In this document: one piece after another, positions 14,590 to 27,005 of the stretch
How the letters are laid out: the number at the start of each line of letters is the position of its first letter
How positions within the stretch are numbered: the first letter of the stretch is position 1
Assembly (NCBI GenBank): GCA_036785375.1
Contig: JAWMAR010000246.1
Location: forward strand, 1,178,001-1,242,000
From: Leucoraja ocellata
Lineage: Eukaryota
DNA length: 64,000 nucleotides
Direction of reading: 5' to 3'
Position numbers and translations under genes: made by a program
The notes under the pieces: generated by a model
What the model saw: the letters and a program-made list of their open reading frames with translations, nothing else
What the model was told of the DNA's origin: nothing
Databases searched by the model: none

Positions 14590-14897
14590 TTACATTGATA
14601 AGACACATTTTCAAAGTATGACAGTGCTGCAGAACAATGTGCACAGACTACAACTAAGTACTATTTTCTCGATTTCCTTTATTCAAAGGGACAAAAAATG
14701 CTGGCCTTAACATTTACACAAGCTACAATCAGAAAATGTATGCAATCATAAATTAAACACCTTTGCCCAGTTGGGCAAGAAATGTTTAGAGATAAAAACG
14801 TGAATTTGTAAAAGCTTTAATCACTACATATTTGGCAATGCAGGTTGCATTGCACCAGACAGATTATCACCAAGATTAAAGTATGAAATGTACTGAC

Positions 14898-15025
14898 CTG
14901 CAAACATGGAATATTTCCTTCAGAGAAATCGAATGTGCCCAATATATCCTCTCCAATTTTATAGATGGCTTTGAAAATGCAAAATTTTCCAACTTTCCCC
15001 CTGACATTACTAATGTTATACAAAT
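14898..15025 (-). CDS. RGP1: RGP1 coding exon 6
   Basis: gcag|AT TTG: HLYNISNVRGKVGKFCIFKAIYKIGEDILGTFDFSEGNIPCLQ; donor CAG|gtcagt; 128 nt. Confidence 0.95.
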
Positions 15026-15502
15026 CTGCACAAAATATACAGTGCAATATTAATCAGTTAATTTTCAAAGTTATACAGACAATATTTTTTTTAAATGACA
15101 ATATCTGTATTTACTTGTGAACAGCCTACCGCAATCGACTTTTGAAATTCTGTCCAACGCCATTAAAATTGTCCTAGCCCCAATTTCAGACTTCATTTGG
15201 GCAAATCCTGTCTTTTTCCATAATGATTTTAAAACAAATTAGAATGATGGTTATAAGTAGATAGAGTTGTAAAGATGGCATTTGGTATACATGCCTTCAT
15301 TGGTTGGGGCATTGTGCATACGAGTCGGGAAATCACACAGCAGCTTTGTAACATTCTAGTTAGGCCACCTTGTGAGTATTGTGGGCAGTTCAAGTTGCCT
15401 CATTACAGGAAGATTGTTGAAACTTTGGAGAAGGTGCAGAATATGGCATCAGACACATGACTTGTTTCTGTGCTGTACTTTTCTATGTTCTATGGTCCAA
15501 AT

Positions 15503-16036
15503 GGTCCTCAAACAACTTTACTGGCTTCCCATCTCCCACCGGATCACCTACAAAATCCTGATCCTCACCTACAAAGCCCTCCACCATCTGGCCCCCCCCA
15601 TATCTCACTGACCTCCTCTCCCCCTACCAACCCTCACGGTCCCTCAGATCCACATCAGCCAGTCTCCTCTCCATCCACGTCCAACCTCCGCAGTTTTGAG
15701 GACAGAGCCTTCTCCAGGGCAGCTCCCAGGTTCTGGAACTCCCTCCCCCAACTGATCCGCAATTCCGTGTCCCTCACCATCTTCCAGTCCCGCCTCAAGA
15801 CCCATCTCTTCACCTCTGCCTATCTTTAGCCCCACGTCGCCCTCCCTTTTCATCTGTGCATTAATTGCCTCATATTGTGTTTTGAATTGTATTCTGTCTT
15901 TACTTTGTGTACTAGTCATGTCTCTACTATTTATTTAATTCCCCTTACATGTTTTTCCTCTACCTGCTAAATTTTTGTAAGGTGTCCTTGAGACTCTTGA
16001 AAGGCGCCCATAAATAAAATTTATTATTATTATTAT
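15503..16036 (+). mobile_element. L2-clade LINE 3' end
   Basis: VLKQLYWLPISHRITYKILILTYKAL and DRAFSRAAPRFWNSLP motifs; tail gtaaggtgtccttgag...gaaaggcgcccataaat(tta)n; caaatg on both flanks. Confidence 0.9.
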
Positions 16037-16230
16037 TCAAATGCTCCCCTACCAACCCTACATTTTGTGAATACTGCCTCTTTCTTCTCGAATTTGGCAA
16101 AACATTTTTCACCCCAATATAAATGATGCAATTTTGTTAATAGTCAGAAGTTGGACATTTAATGGTTACAAAAGTTACCGGACTACAAGTCCTTTAATGC
16201 TGGCTATTGGTTTCATTAAGAAATACTCAC

Positions 16231-16377
16231 GAAGGCTGCGACGAGATGTGCTGGACATTAGCATTTCAGTTGCCAGATCTACTAATCTAGTGTCTTTTGT
16301 AATACTTTCATCTTCATCCAAAAATGGATTTGTAGGTGCCACGGCCTCATCTGGAGGAAATTGATAATTTTCCAATC
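16231..16377 (-). CDS. RGP1: RGP1 coding exon 5
   Basis: cag|GA TTG: GLENYQFPPDEAVAPTNPFLDEDESITKDTRLVDLATEMLMSSTSRRSL; donor C|gtgagt; 147 nt. Confidence 0.95.
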
Positions 16378-17398
16378 CTGATGCAAATAAAAATAGCATA
16401 ATTACCAAACACCATTGTGACTAGTGGATGAAATCTGGTCATTTACACATATACCCAAATGTAAATTTACATTTTCACCATCTTGCAGAAAACGGTCGCA
16501 ATGCCTAATGCTACACAGAAATGAAACTTGGGACAAATTACAAAATGGAGATGCATCTGCTACCACCCGACTTTTGCAGGAAATAAAAGTGGAATTTATT
16601 CAACTATCTCTAGAAAATACAATTGTTGCAAAATTTGCTATCATGGTCTACAATGTTGGAGGCATGATTAGTCAATTTGTAAGTGACGAAAAGATCAGTG
16701 GTGCTGTCAATAGTGAGGAAAATAGTCATAGGCTACAGTTAATAAATTAGGTAGTGTGACTGCAAGTTAAATTTAATCCTGATTAATATAAGGTCGAATA
16801 AGGTAGAGCATATATAATGAATGGTAGGACCTTCAGGGGGATTGAGGAACAGAAATGTACAAGTCCAAGGAATTCTCATGGTGACAGTAAAGTGAGATAA
16901 AATGTATTAAATACTTACCCGTTCGCCAGGACATAAAATATAAGGAGGTTATGATGTAATTTTAGAAATTATACTTTAGGCCACATCCAGAGTTCTATGT
17001 ACTGACCTGGACACCACACTACAGAAAATACATCATTGCACTGTAAAGCATACAAAGGAAATTCACCACAATCTTGCCAGGGAGGAGCATCTCATTAGAC
17101 GAGACTAAATAGGATGGGATTGTTTCCCTTGGAACAGAGGAAGTGGACAGGGAACCTGATAGTTTTTAATTTTAGTTTTCGAAATACAGTAAAGAAACAG
17201 GCCCTTCGGCCCACAGAGTCTGCACCGACTAGCGTTCACTCCGTAGACCAGTTCCATCCTACACTCTAGGAACAATTTACAGAAGACAATGAATCTTCAT
17301 TAATAAACATTGATGATAAAGAAATTAGCCATATGTCATCAGTACTTTTAGAATTCATTCCGAACAGTTAAACAGATAAATCTTTGTCACCAACTCAC

Positions 17399-17548
17399 CA
17401 TAGACAACAAAAACCCGAAAAGGAACTCTGAGAAGTTTGATTGGAGAATTAACCCTCTGGCAGCCAACTGTCAATTTATAGGCATATTTCACTGATAGGC
17501 CACGGAAGGATGGTGGACCATCAAGAGGCACAGTTTCACAGTAAGAAT
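17399..17548 (-). CDS. RGP1: RGP1 coding exon 4
   Basis: ttcag|AT TCT: [50 protein letters not shown]; donor G|gtgagt; 150 nt; not in ORF track. Confidence 0.95.
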
Positions 17549-18503
17549 CTGAAAATATCCAGCAAAACTAAGTCACACACGACTTTAGATAAATGAACTT
17601 CGTAAAATGAAATTAGATCAAAGACTGGTGTGAAGTACTTCATGACCATAATTACTGTGTTCCAAAATAATGCTTACATTTAAAAGAAAACAAAACAAAG
17701 GAGGGTCAAATTATTTTTGGTAGTCATTGTAAAAGTAGGAACTGTGTAGTTAAGCTAACAATAAAAACAACAGAACATAGACCATCATCCTCGACCTCGA
17801 GGGATAGCCACGACGAAACGGAGTTATTTTAGCTCATATATTTTGGTCAGCGTAAACAAATATTGTTTAGCATTCATTATGTTTTCAATATTCACAATAT
17901 TTCCATGAGCTTTTTACACTACGACCTCTCTGGATACTGGAGTTTGAGGGGAGACCTGACAGGTGTATAAAATTATGAGAGGTGTAGGTAGTGGAGACAA
18001 TCAGGATATTTTTCAGAGGATGGAAATAATGAAAAATTAAAAGACATAGCTTTAAGTTGAGAGGGGCAAAGTTTAAAGGAGAAGTGCAGTGCAAGTGTCT
18101 TTTCACACAGAGGATGGTGAGTGCCCGGAATGCGCTACTGGGTGTCGTGATTGAAACAGATACAATAGTGCATTTAAGGTACTTTTGGATAGGCATATGG
18201 ATATGCAAGGAATGGAGCGAAATGAATTATGTGCAGGCTGATAAAAGTTAGTCTTGGCACCATGTTCGGCACAGACATTGTGGGCCGAAAGGCCTGTTCC
18301 TCTGCTATGTTCCACATTAACAATTTATATACTGTTTAGCAGACATTAAACTCCTCAAGAAACACTCTCCAAAAAAAGGAACATAAACCAAGCTCATCCT
18401 ACCATAACGTATATAACTATTATTGAACAGTGAAACATTGTTTACTTACATAAAAATATACTTTACTTACTTTGTTTACTTATTTAAGAATATATTTACT
18501 TAC

Positions 18504-18587
18504 AGGACTTTGATTCACCAGGTTCAAGACGTAAATCACAGAACAGTATCTTGGGTGGAGTGGCTAGAATACATTTTCCTCGTTCTC
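18504..18587 (-). CDS. RGP1: RGP1 coding exon 3
   Basis: cag|GA GAA CGA: [28 protein letters not shown]; donor T|gtaagt; 84 nt; not in ORF track. Confidence 0.95.
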
Positions 18588-18744
18588 CTGTAAAACAAAA
18601 TGAGCAGTACAAATGATTCTACTGTATTTAATGTCAGATCAAATTAGATTATTTAATACTGAAAAATTTAACAATAGGAAACAAAATTAGGCAATGTACA
18701 TTCAAAGGCTTAAGAATGGAGGCTTGGATACAATTATTCAAAGG

Positions 18745-19168
18745 AATAAAAGTTCAAGTTTGTGTTTATGAGCCAATTAAGGTACATTGAAATTTGAGTT
18801 ACCATACAATCATACTAAGTGAAAAACACACAGCCACATAAAATAAAATTTAACATAAACATCCACCACAGTGGAATCCACAATCCTCACTGTGATGGAA
18901 GGCAATAAAGTTCAGTCCCCTTCCTCCTTTGTTCACCCATGGTCGGGGCTGAACCCTCCGCAATTGCCGCTGCCGACGTCCAAGCCCTCTCATCAGGATG
19001 ATCGAAACTCCGGTGTCGGGATGGATCGGAACACTCCACGGCATGGAGCTCCCGAGTCGGCCTCTTCTTACCGGAGAAGCGGCTTCCCGGTGTTAAAGTC
19101 ACAGGCCCCGCGGTCAGAGCACTTTCGCTGGCAATCCTCGGCAAAGAATCGCCAGCTCCAAGATGGTA
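18745..19168 (-). mobile_element. GC-rich non-coding retroposon (hairpin family copy C)
   Basis: Minus strand gccttccatcacagtgag...cactgtggtggatg at 18860-18903. Confidence 0.7.
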
Positions 19169-19454
19169 TTAAAGAGACTTTTGGATAGGCATATGGATAT
19201 GCAGAGAATGAAAGGATATACATTATGTACAGGCAGATGAGAGTTGGTCCTGGCACTATGTTCAGCACAGTCAATGTGAGCCAAATAGAACAGTACAGCA
19301 CAAGAAGAGGCTATGGTCCATGTTAACAGAAAGCAGCTGAATAGTGGATTAACCATGAAAGGCTCCAAAACTGGTCATTGTAAAAAAAAAACACACAAAG
19401 TTATGTGTGACTTTGGTTATTGTAATTTTGCTGTGATTTTAGAAGGGGAAATAA

Positions 19455-22360
19455 CTTTGAATAACTTTTTTGCATCAGTCTTCACAGTGGAATACACCAG
19501 CAGCATGCCTGCAATCCTAGAGTCAGGAGGTGGAAGTTGGTGGAGTGGAGATTAGTAAGGAGATGGTGGAGGAAATCTGATAAGTCTGAGGGTGGATAAG
19601 TCACCTGGACCGGATGGCATGCACCCCAGGGTTCTGAAGGACGTGGCCTCAGAGATTATGGATGCATTAGTTGTGATACTTCAAGGATCACTAGAGTTAG
19701 GAGTGGTTCCGGATGATTGGAAAATTGTGAATATCACCCCGCTGTGCAAGAAGGGAGCAAAGCAGAAGAGCGGAAACTATAGGCCGGTTAGCCTGACCGG
19801 TGGTTAGTAAGATTTGAGAGTCAATTATAAAGGATGAGGTCATGCAGTACTTGGAAGTTCATGATAAAATTGGCCAGACAGCATGGTTTTGTGAAGGAAA
19901 GATCTTGCCTTACAATCTGTTGGAGTTCTTTGAGGAAGTTAATAGCAGGACAGGCAGAGGGGAGGCTGTAGATGTTGTTTACCTAGATTTTCAGAAGGCC
20001 TTCGATAAGGTCCCGCACATCAGGCTGCTAGGGAAGATGAGAGCCCATGGTATTGAAGGGAAGGTACTAGCATGGATAGCAAGTTGACTGGATGGTAGCG
20101 TTGCAATAAAATGTGCTTTTTCAGGTTAGCATGGATAGAGTTGACTGGGTGGAAGAATTGCAAAAAAAATGTGCTTTTTCAGGTTGGCTGTCAGTGACTA
20201 GTGGAGTTCCGCAAGAGTCGGTGCTGGGGCCGCTTCTCTTCATGTTGTATATTAATGATTTGGATAAGGAGATTGAAGGCTTTGTGGTCAAGTTTGCAGA
20301 TAATGCTAAGATAGGTGGAGGGTCATGCAGTGTCGAGGAAGCAAGGACTCTGCTGAAGGACTTGGGCAGGATAGGAGGGTGGGCAGAGAAGTGGCAGATG
20401 AAATTCAGTATATCAAAGTGTGGAGTCATGGGTTTTGGTAATAAGAATAAAGGCATAGGTTATTTTCTAAATGGAGAGAGAATCCAGAAATCTAAGGTGC
20501 AAAGGAACTTGGGAGTGCTGGTGCAGGGCGAATCAGTGGTAAAGATGAAATACAAAAACAGAGATGTAATGCTGAGGCTCTATAAGGTGCTGGTCAGGCC
20601 GCATTTGGAGTACTGTGAGCAAATCTGGGTCCCATATCTGAGGAAGGATGTGCTGGCTCTGGAGAGGGTCCAGAGGAGGTTTACAAGCATGATCCAAGGA
20701 ATGAGAGGGTTAGCATATGATGAGCGTTTGACAGCACTGGGCCTCCATTCGCTGGAGTTTAGACTGTTGAGGGGGGACCTCATTGAAACTTACAGAATGA
20801 AAGACATGGATAGTGTGTATGTGGAAAGGATGTTTCCATTGGTGGGAGAGTCTAGTACCAGAGGTCATGGCCTCAAAATTAAATGGCACTTTTAAAAAGG
20901 AGGTGAGGAGGAACTTCTTTAGTCAGAGGGTAGGTCATCTATGCAACTCATTGCCACAGAGGGCAGTGGAGGCCAAGTCAGTGGATATTTCTAAGGCAGA
21001 GATAGACGTTCTTGATTAGAATTGGTGTCAAGGGTTATGGGGAGAAGGCAGGAAAATGGGATTAGGTGGCAGAGATCAGCCATGATTGAATGGCAGAGTA
21101 GACTCAATGGGCCGAATGGCCTAATTCTACTCCAAAACTTGTGAACTTCTGAAATATAACCAAAGAAATTCAAAATAGTTGTGAGATTAACTAACGCATT
21201 TAAGAAATTTGGAGAAGAATTACTTTGTACTAAATGCTATTCCCTTATCATACAAGGACCCAGAGAGGGGGTAGAACAAAGGAAGACCTGGTGCAGGATA
21301 CTTTGTAACTTTGTAAGTGCCCTTTATGTGGCGATTATTTGAATGCAGGGTATTTAGCTGCTGGAACATACTTAACGGTTAAATCATTTGGATGGGTATG
21401 CAGGCAAGAAATTTGTGACAATAAAGTATTCAATTCAATTCAACGTGTCTATACACTATAAATGATTCGAATGTAATCATGTATTGTCTTGCTGCTGACT
21501 GGAAACCACGCAACAAAAGCTTTTCATTGTAACCCGGTACACGTGACAATAAACTAAACTAAACAAGAAAAATACATAGGAAATGAAGTGGTAGTTTTCA
21601 TGATTATATGTGTATTTTGGAACAAGGACAACATAGGGGATTTAGAATCGTTATTTTGAAGTGGGAAATGTAAGCATGCAGGTACAGCAGAAATGAAAGT
21701 AATCGAACAGGTACAGCAGGCAGTGAAGAAAGCGAATGGCATGTTGGCCTTTATAACTAGAGACGTTGAGTATAGGAGCAAAGAGGTCCTTCAACAGTTG
21801 TATGGGCCCTAGTGAGACCACACCTGGAGTATTGTGTGCAGTTTTGGTCCCATAATTTGGTCCCAACATTCGAGGGAGTGCAACGTAGGTTTACAAGGTT
21901 AATTCCCGGGATGGCGGGACTGTCATATGCTGAGAGAATGGAGCAGCTGGGCTTGTACACTCTGGAGTTTAGAAGGATGAGACGGCATCTTATTGAAACA
22001 CATAAGATTATTAAGGGTTTGGAGGCAGACTAGAGGCAGGAAACATGTTTCCGATGTTGGGGAAGTCCAGAACCAGCGGCCACAGTTTAAGAATAAGGGG
22101 TAATCCATTTAGAACGGAGACGAGGAAACACTTTTTCTCAGAGATTTGTGAGTTTGTGGAATTCTCTGCCTCAGAGGATGGTGGAGGCCGGTTCTCTGGA
22201 TACTTTCAAGAGAGCTAGATAGGGCTCTTAAAGATAGCGGAGTCAGGGGATATGGGGAGAAGGCAGGAACGGGGTACTGATTGGGGATGATCAGCCATTG
22301 AATGGCGGTGCTGGCTCAAAGGGCCGAATGGCCTACTCCTGCACCTATTGTCTATTGTCT
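19455..22360 (+). mobile_element. CR1 LINE ORF2 fragments (two elements)
   Basis: [50 protein letters not shown], with stops and frameshifts. Confidence 0.93.
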
Positions 22361-22859
22361 AAAAAGGATCATTACTCAAAGACTTGGGTACCCTTTTTCG
22401 GTGATAGCCACCATAAGTTCCAAGAAGGAAAACTGGGTGATCATCAGAGCATTGGGACGATTCCAGAAAATTGGACTTGGGTCTCTGACAAAAGTGAAAG
22501 TGCGAAAAGTATATAGAAGCGAAACTAGAAAAGGGGCAGGTGCTTGGCAGGGTAGGAGAGGTGAGAAGAGTTTTGATGAGGTATGGAACTATTTGATTTG
22601 ACAAGATTAAAAATTGTTAAAATGTAGAAAAGATAAAAATAAATCAATGTATTCTTTCAGTAAGAGAGGTATCGAGTATAATTTCTCAAAGGGATCATTG
22701 TTGCGAGATCTTATGCACGATTTCAACATAAACATTTTAAATTATTAAAGTAATATTTTTTTAAATAATACATTTTCTTTATGTCATGCAATACAATGCT
22801 TTGAGAATAAATAATTGGACCCTGGCAATGTGAAAATAAACTCCAAGATAACATCCTAC

Positions 22860-22996
22860 CTCTGTTTGGAACAAACACGGTTTCATTTTCAGCCTGCACA
22901 TCATACTTTGTGTCTTCAGAGGGAGGAAGTGAAACACGACTCTCACTGGTATGAAACTGGCAATGAATCTGAGCACTTGCCCATGCCAACATTTCA
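22860..22996 (-). CDS. RGP1: RGP1 coding exon 2
   Basis: tcag|T GAA ATG: [45 protein letters not shown]; donor G|gtagga; 137 nt, phases consistent. Confidence 0.96.
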
Positions 22997-23179
22997 CTGA
23001 TAAAGAAGAGACAAGTTATGGCAAAATTCCAATGGCAACTCTGAATTTAAAAATCTTGTATGATTATTATTACGACTGGGCGCAAGGTAACCATCCAAAT
23101 GCTTCAACCGCTAAGAAGGTTCCAGCAGCTAAATACACTTGCACTTTTTACTCAGGAGAATAACGTAATCCTTTGAAAT

Positions 23180-24025
23180 TTCTACCACCTCCAACGGGAT
23201 CCCACCACTAGCCACATGTTTCCATCTATACCCCTTTCCCCCTTCCGCAGAGACCATTCCTTCCGCAACTCCTGGCTTCATTCCTTCCCACCCTAACCAC
23301 CTCCTCCCCAGGTGCCTTCCCCTGAAACCACAAAAGATGCAACTCCTCCCTCGACTATGTCCTTTCAGGTTAGGCAGTGGTTCACTTGCACCTCCTCCAA
23401 CCTCATCTACTGTATCCGTTGTTCAAGATGTAGACTCCTATACATCGGCGAGACCAAACGCAGACTGGGCGATCGTTTTGCAGAACACCTTCGCTCAGCC
23501 TACGTGAACCAACCTGATCTTCCTGTTGCTGGACACTTTAATTCTCCTTCCCATTCCTACACAGACCTTTCTGTCCTCGGTCTCCTCCATTGTCAGTGAG
23601 GATAAACGCAAATTGGAGGAACAGCATCTCATATTTCGCTTGAGCAGCTTACAGCCCAGTGGTATTAATATTGATTTCTCTCATTTCAGGTAGCCCTGGC
23701 ATTCCCTCTCGCTCTATCCCTCCCCCACCCAAGTTGCACTAGCTTCTAATTTTCACCCTATAAACAGCTTACAATGGCCTGTTTCCTTTATCATTGTTAC
23801 TTTTTTTGCATATCCTTCATTCATTGTTCTTTATCTCAACATCACCGTCTATATCTACCGTCTATATCTCTCGTTTCCCTTATCCCTAACCAATCTACAG
23901 AAAAGTCTCAACCCGAAATGTCACCCATTCCTTCTCTCCAGAGATGCTGCCTGTCCCACTGAGTTACTCCAGCTTTTTGTGTCTATCTTCGGTTTAAACC
24001 AGCATCTGCAGTTCCTTCTTACACA
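23180..24025 (+). mobile_element. Penelope-like element 3' part (GIY-YIG endonuclease)
   Basis: FTCTSSNLIYCIRCSRC..LYIGETKRRLGDRFAEHLRS followed by the terminal repeat. Confidence 0.9.
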
Positions 24026-24789
24026 TTACAACATTGTACCAATGTTCTGCTCTCTGATCTGATGACCAAGGCCATTTAATCTGCTTATCACCAAAAACTT
24101 ACACAGCTCTATGCAATTCATGAGAATTTTTAGAACTACTTTTTATATAACACTTATTGTATTCTCGTTCTTTGAATAAGGTGAAGGCTGGAAAAGAGGT
24201 GGGAGCAGAACAAAATAAGGCGAGTGATAGGTGGAAACGAGTGAAGGGGTTTGATGGGCAGATAAGTGGACAATGGTCAAAGGTGGGAAGACAACAAAAG
24301 GTTTTGAAATAACGAGAGAAGAGGCACCTATCTACCCCCTCCCCCTCTATCTTCCAACTACCCTACTACAATCAATCTGAAGGGTCCCGATCTGAATCAT
24401 TGTCTATCCATGTGTTCCAGAGATGCTGCCTGACTCCGAGTTACTCCAGCAGTTTATTTTTCTGTAAACCAGCATCTGCAGTTCCTTCCCTCCTCTGTCC
24501 TAGCCTTTAGACTACCTCAAATGTTCTATCTCCATTTTTTCAGAAGTAAATTCTATCTTCCACTTCTCTGCCCATCTTGCCAACTGATTAATATAATTCT
24601 GTAGCCCAAGACTAGCCTCTTTGCTATCAACGTTACAAACCTTTGGGTCATATATCACATCTCCAATATTCACATTCAGATCATGAATGTTCCTGACCAA
24701 AGGTATGGGTCCCTGTAGTGAACCCAGTGACAAACTACTAACCACAGTAATTTTTCTATGTACCACCCTAGATTCTATTATCCTCTATC

Positions 24790-25112
24790 CTGCGGAGGGC
24801 GCTCAGCATCGCCAAGGACTGCTCTCACCCCAACCATGGACTGTTTACCCTCCTACCATCCGGGAGGCGCTACAGGTCTCTCCGTTGCCGAACCAGCAGG
24901 TCGAGGAACAGCTTCTTTCCGGCGGCTGTCACTCTACTAAACAACGTACCTCGGTGACTGCCAATCACCCCCCCCCCCCCCGGACACTTATTATTTATTT
25001 TTTATTCAAATCGTTTGCTATGTCGCTCTTCAAGGGAGATGCTAAATGCATTTCGTTGTCTCTGTACTGTACACTGACAATGACAATTAAAATTGAATCT
25101 GAATCTGAATCT
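24790..25112 (+). mobile_element. Rex1/Babar-like LINE 3' end nested in antisense CR1
   Basis: LP...GRRYRS..SFFP motif; tail atttcgttgtc...atgacaattaaa(attgaatctg)n. Confidence 0.7.
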
Positions 25113-25777
25113 CTAGGGCCTATCCCATTTTCATTCCATAAATCTATCCAAAATTTATTTTTCCTAATCCAACCTATCACCTTGGATGATTTGTGCTAGT
25201 CATATGTAGACTTTGCAGCAAGTGCTGGTTCCAATCCATTTTTGCCAGATCCACTTATATTGAAATCATCCATTCTAATTCATAATTTTGATTTTCAATC
25301 TATTCTCACCCTTTTTCATAACAACCTTAAAATTTGTGATCAAGAGTCACAAGTGCTTAATTCTTACTTGCAGCAGCATAACAGGTGTGCAAACACAGTG
25401 GAGGAACAAATCACTGCACAAAAGGACACAAAAATGCAGGAGTATCTCAGTAGTTCAGACAGCATCTCTGGAGAACATGAATGAAGTTTTGGCTAGAGAC
25501 CCTTCTTCAGACAATGTGTGAAAACAGTATTCTATAAATAACATAATAAACAAACAAAAAAAAACAATAAATAAAAAACATTATTAGAAGAAAACAAAAA
25601 CAGCCCAAACCCCCTAGTGCAACCAATTATTAGTCATCGACAGAGTGATACAGTGTGGAAACAGGGCCTTCGGCCCAACTTGCTCACACCGGCCAACTTG
25701 TCTCAGCTACACGTGTCCCACCTGCCTGCGCTTGGTCCATATCCCTCAAAATCTGTCCTATCCACGTACCTGTCTAA

Positions 25778-25870
25778 GGTACACAAAAATGTTGGAGAAA
25801 CTCAGCGGGTGCAGCAGCATCTATGGAGTGAAGGAAATAGGCAACGTTTTGGGCCGAAACCCTTCTTCAT
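25778..25870 (-). mobile_element. Penelope-derived mini-element nested in CR1 3'UTR
   Basis: 12-bp TSD gtacctgtctaa (25766-25777, 25871-25882); 5' end within the TGAAGA core. Confidence 0.88.
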
Positions 25871-26540
25871 GTACCTGTCTAACTGTTTCTTAACCATTGG
25901 GATAGTCCCAGCCTCAACTACCTCCTCTGGCAACTTGTTCCATACACCCACCACCCTTTGTGTGAATATGTTACCCCTCAGATGCCTATCTTTCCCCCTT
26001 CACCTTGAACCTATGTCCTCTGGTCCTAGATTCCCCTACTCTGGGCAAGAGATTCTGTGCATCTTCCCGATCTATTCCTCTCATGTTTTTGTACACCCCT
26101 CATCCTCCTGCATTCCAAGGATATTAACCCCAAAACCATCTCCAACTGACAACCCCTCCAAATGTCCTGTTACATTCCCAAAGCTTAGATCAAATAATTC
26201 AGATATTCATATGAAATAAAAGCAGTAATTTTTTTACTGAAATTTAATTCTATTTCCCTCTATATGGATGCTGCCTGACCTACTGAGCATTTCTAACATT
26301 CTTTGTTTTTGTTTTTAGCTTCAAAAATATGGACACTGGTCAGTCAGTGGATTGAGATCACTGTGAGAAAGGGAGACACAACTACAAAGGCATTCGTGGT
26401 CAGAAGGATGGATAAAGTGGACGTTCATCTGGGATTATTAGTGCAGAAGGTAGACACAAAATGCTGGAGTAATTTAGCGCGACAGGCGGCATCTCTGGGG
26501 AGAAGGAATGGGTGAAGTTTCAGGTCGTGACCCTTCTTCT

Positions 26541-26720
26541 AGCCGGGCACGCGGGGGCGCGCGTGAGCCGGGGCGCGCATGAGCCGGGCACGCGGGGGCG
26601 CGCATGAGCCGGGCACGCGGGTGGCGCGCGCATGAGACGGGGCGCGCGTGAGCCGGGCACGCGGGGGCGCGCATGAGCCGGGCACGCGGGTGGCGCGCGC
26701 ATGAGTCGGGGCGCGCGCGC
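26541..26720. repeat. GC-rich minisatellite in RGP1 intron 1
   Basis: Tandem variants of gagccgggcacgcgggggcgcgc(a/g)t and shorter gagccggggcgcgcat units, ending 7 nt from the exon-1 boundary. Confidence 0.9.
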
Positions 26721-26727
26721 CCTTTAC

Positions 26728-26843
26728 CTGCCGGCCGAGGTGGAGTGAGCCGTTACGGGGTTGGTGAAAGCTATGACACATTCCAGCTCCTCGCCCGTCA
26801 GGAACACCGGGCCCCGGAGCAGCTTTGCCACCACCTCGATCAT
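26728..26843 (-). CDS. RGP1: RGP1 (RAB6A-GEF complex partner) coding exon 1
   Basis: ATG at 26843; [38 protein letters not shown] matches the RGP1 N-terminus (MIEVVAELSRGPVFLAGE...); donor AG|gtaaag; 116 nt. Confidence 0.95.
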
Positions 26844-27005
26844 GCCGGGTCGTCGCGTCGTCGCGTCGCGTCGTCACATCCCGCAACTTAATCCATCGCC
26901 GCTGTTTACATCAGCGCCCAACGGCCGGAAATAGTCTACTCGCTCGCTTCCGGTTTACGGTCTGGCCGCACCGCGCATGCGCCCTGGCAGCACCCAGAGT
27001 TGCGA
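26844..27005 (-). promoter_or_regulatory. RGP1 CpG-rich TATA-less promoter / 5'UTR
   Basis: High CpG density; NRF1-type palindrome GCGCATGCGC 26973-26982; ETS/GABP-type CCGGAA motifs at 26925-26932 (+) and 26946-26954 (-). Confidence 0.7.
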
